In this document: positions 63,032-64,000 of the stretch, piece by piece | How the letters are laid out: the number at the start of each line of letters is the position of its first letter | Numbering within the stretch: the first letter of the stretch is position 1 | Assembly: GCA_002633005.1 (NCBI GenBank) | Contig: NMRA01000481.1 | Coordinates: forward strand, 124,001 to 188,000 | Source of the DNA: Phoronis australis | Taxonomy: Eukaryota; Animalia; Phoronida | Direction of reading: 5' to 3' | DNA length: 64,000 nucleotides | Translations under genes and position numbers: made by a program | The notes under the pieces: generated by a model | The model's database searches: none | The model's input: only the letters and a program-made list of their open reading frames with translations | What the model was told of the DNA's origin: nothing

Positions 63032-64000
63032 ACTTGTAGAGTTATTGGGTCTGCGCTACGCAACCATAGTTTTGCCGACTATTTCAGTCATGGACCCATC
63101 AAGTTGCATTTCGCTCTGTTAAGTTGACGGAAGAAAACGAAATTCTAATTCGACTTTTTACTCTCGTTAAATAGATCTCGTGATATTCATTGTCGTAATA
63201 ACCAGATTACTTTTTCATAACGAACCCTGTCTCTGAGTCATAGGTAGGCGTACCCGCGCTTTCTGCAAATTTCAATGGCTGTCCAATCCTGGTGTACTCC
63301 TGGGCTGGGTTGCATAAAACTTCAAAATTATCCACTGGATAAGTTTGATTGTTGCATGACGTCAGGTGCATGGTTCAAGAATGACAACGTGCGACGTCAT
63401 TGTTCAAGTGCTATACGGCGTATAACTTTTATGCAACTGAAGTGCTTTATTGAGTCGCTGTTGCTTTTGATTATCCCGTTGGTAACGGAAATAAACTCCT
63501 TTCGCAGTAAGAAACATTACCGGACCGATTTTATTAGAGTACAAAGAATTAATTTTATTTTTCGTTTTAGAGGGGCGGAAATGCAACCGTTCGTAAAAGA
63601 GTTACTTCACTGACATTGTTAAAAGTCATGTTCAACTTGCATCAAAATTGATTGAAACCTCAATTTCTTGCAAAGCTCTCTTGTAATAGGCAACAATCGA
63701 TTATCATGCAGTGTTGCGTTGCACAAAACGACTTATCCGTTGCGTAGATAAGTTCGATTGTTCCATGACGTATGCATTATAGTTAAAGACGTAACGCGGC
63801 GCGTGATAATGCAGCGTCATCGTTGCTAGCCATTGTATAACTTGTGTAAACCAGAAAGCAATATTTTCCCAAATTTCATCAACGTGTGTCAAAATGCACC
63901 AAAAAGTTAACACCTAGACTTACTTCAGATTGACAAAAATCATCTTTGTTTTGGAGAAATATCTAGATTTTTCCGAATTCCAATTTGAATCAAAATTCCT

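Noticed and set aside
62681-63122. ORFs with (TLALVV)n / (TTKASV)n repeats
   Set aside because: They are translations of an 18-bp minisatellite that happens to lack stops, with no splice or homology support.

Overview
AT-rich, intron- and repeat-dominated animal genomic DNA. A marine invertebrate source is my inference only; the sequence is not prokaryotic. Two genes lie head-to-head. (1) On the minus strand is the first coding exon (50554..50317) of an inactive phospholipase C-like protein (PLCL1/2, PRIP family), recognised by the RRSS..KD...RKKTVSFSSMPSEK motif. I could find no further exon in 1..50316, so that span is probably one intron of more than 50 kb. (2) On the plus strand is a complete CCDC59/TAP26 gene: 4 coding exons, 56641..60967, 158 aa, probably with a 5' leader exon near 52.2 kb carrying a short uORF. 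The rest is non-autonomous DNA transposons and MITEs (hAT with 8-bp TSD, two elements with 5-bp TSDs, nested TTAA/Kolobok-like elements, a piggyBac left end beside a probable haplotype-join duplication, TA-flanked MITEs), tRNA-derived SINE heads, and mini/microsatellites. Almost all ORFs in the supplied track look spurious. I see no solid evidence of a novel system. The most testable leads are candidate recursive-splice (AG|GT) sites in the giant intron, the 5-bp-TSD foldback element, and the heterozygous-looking piggyBac insertion.
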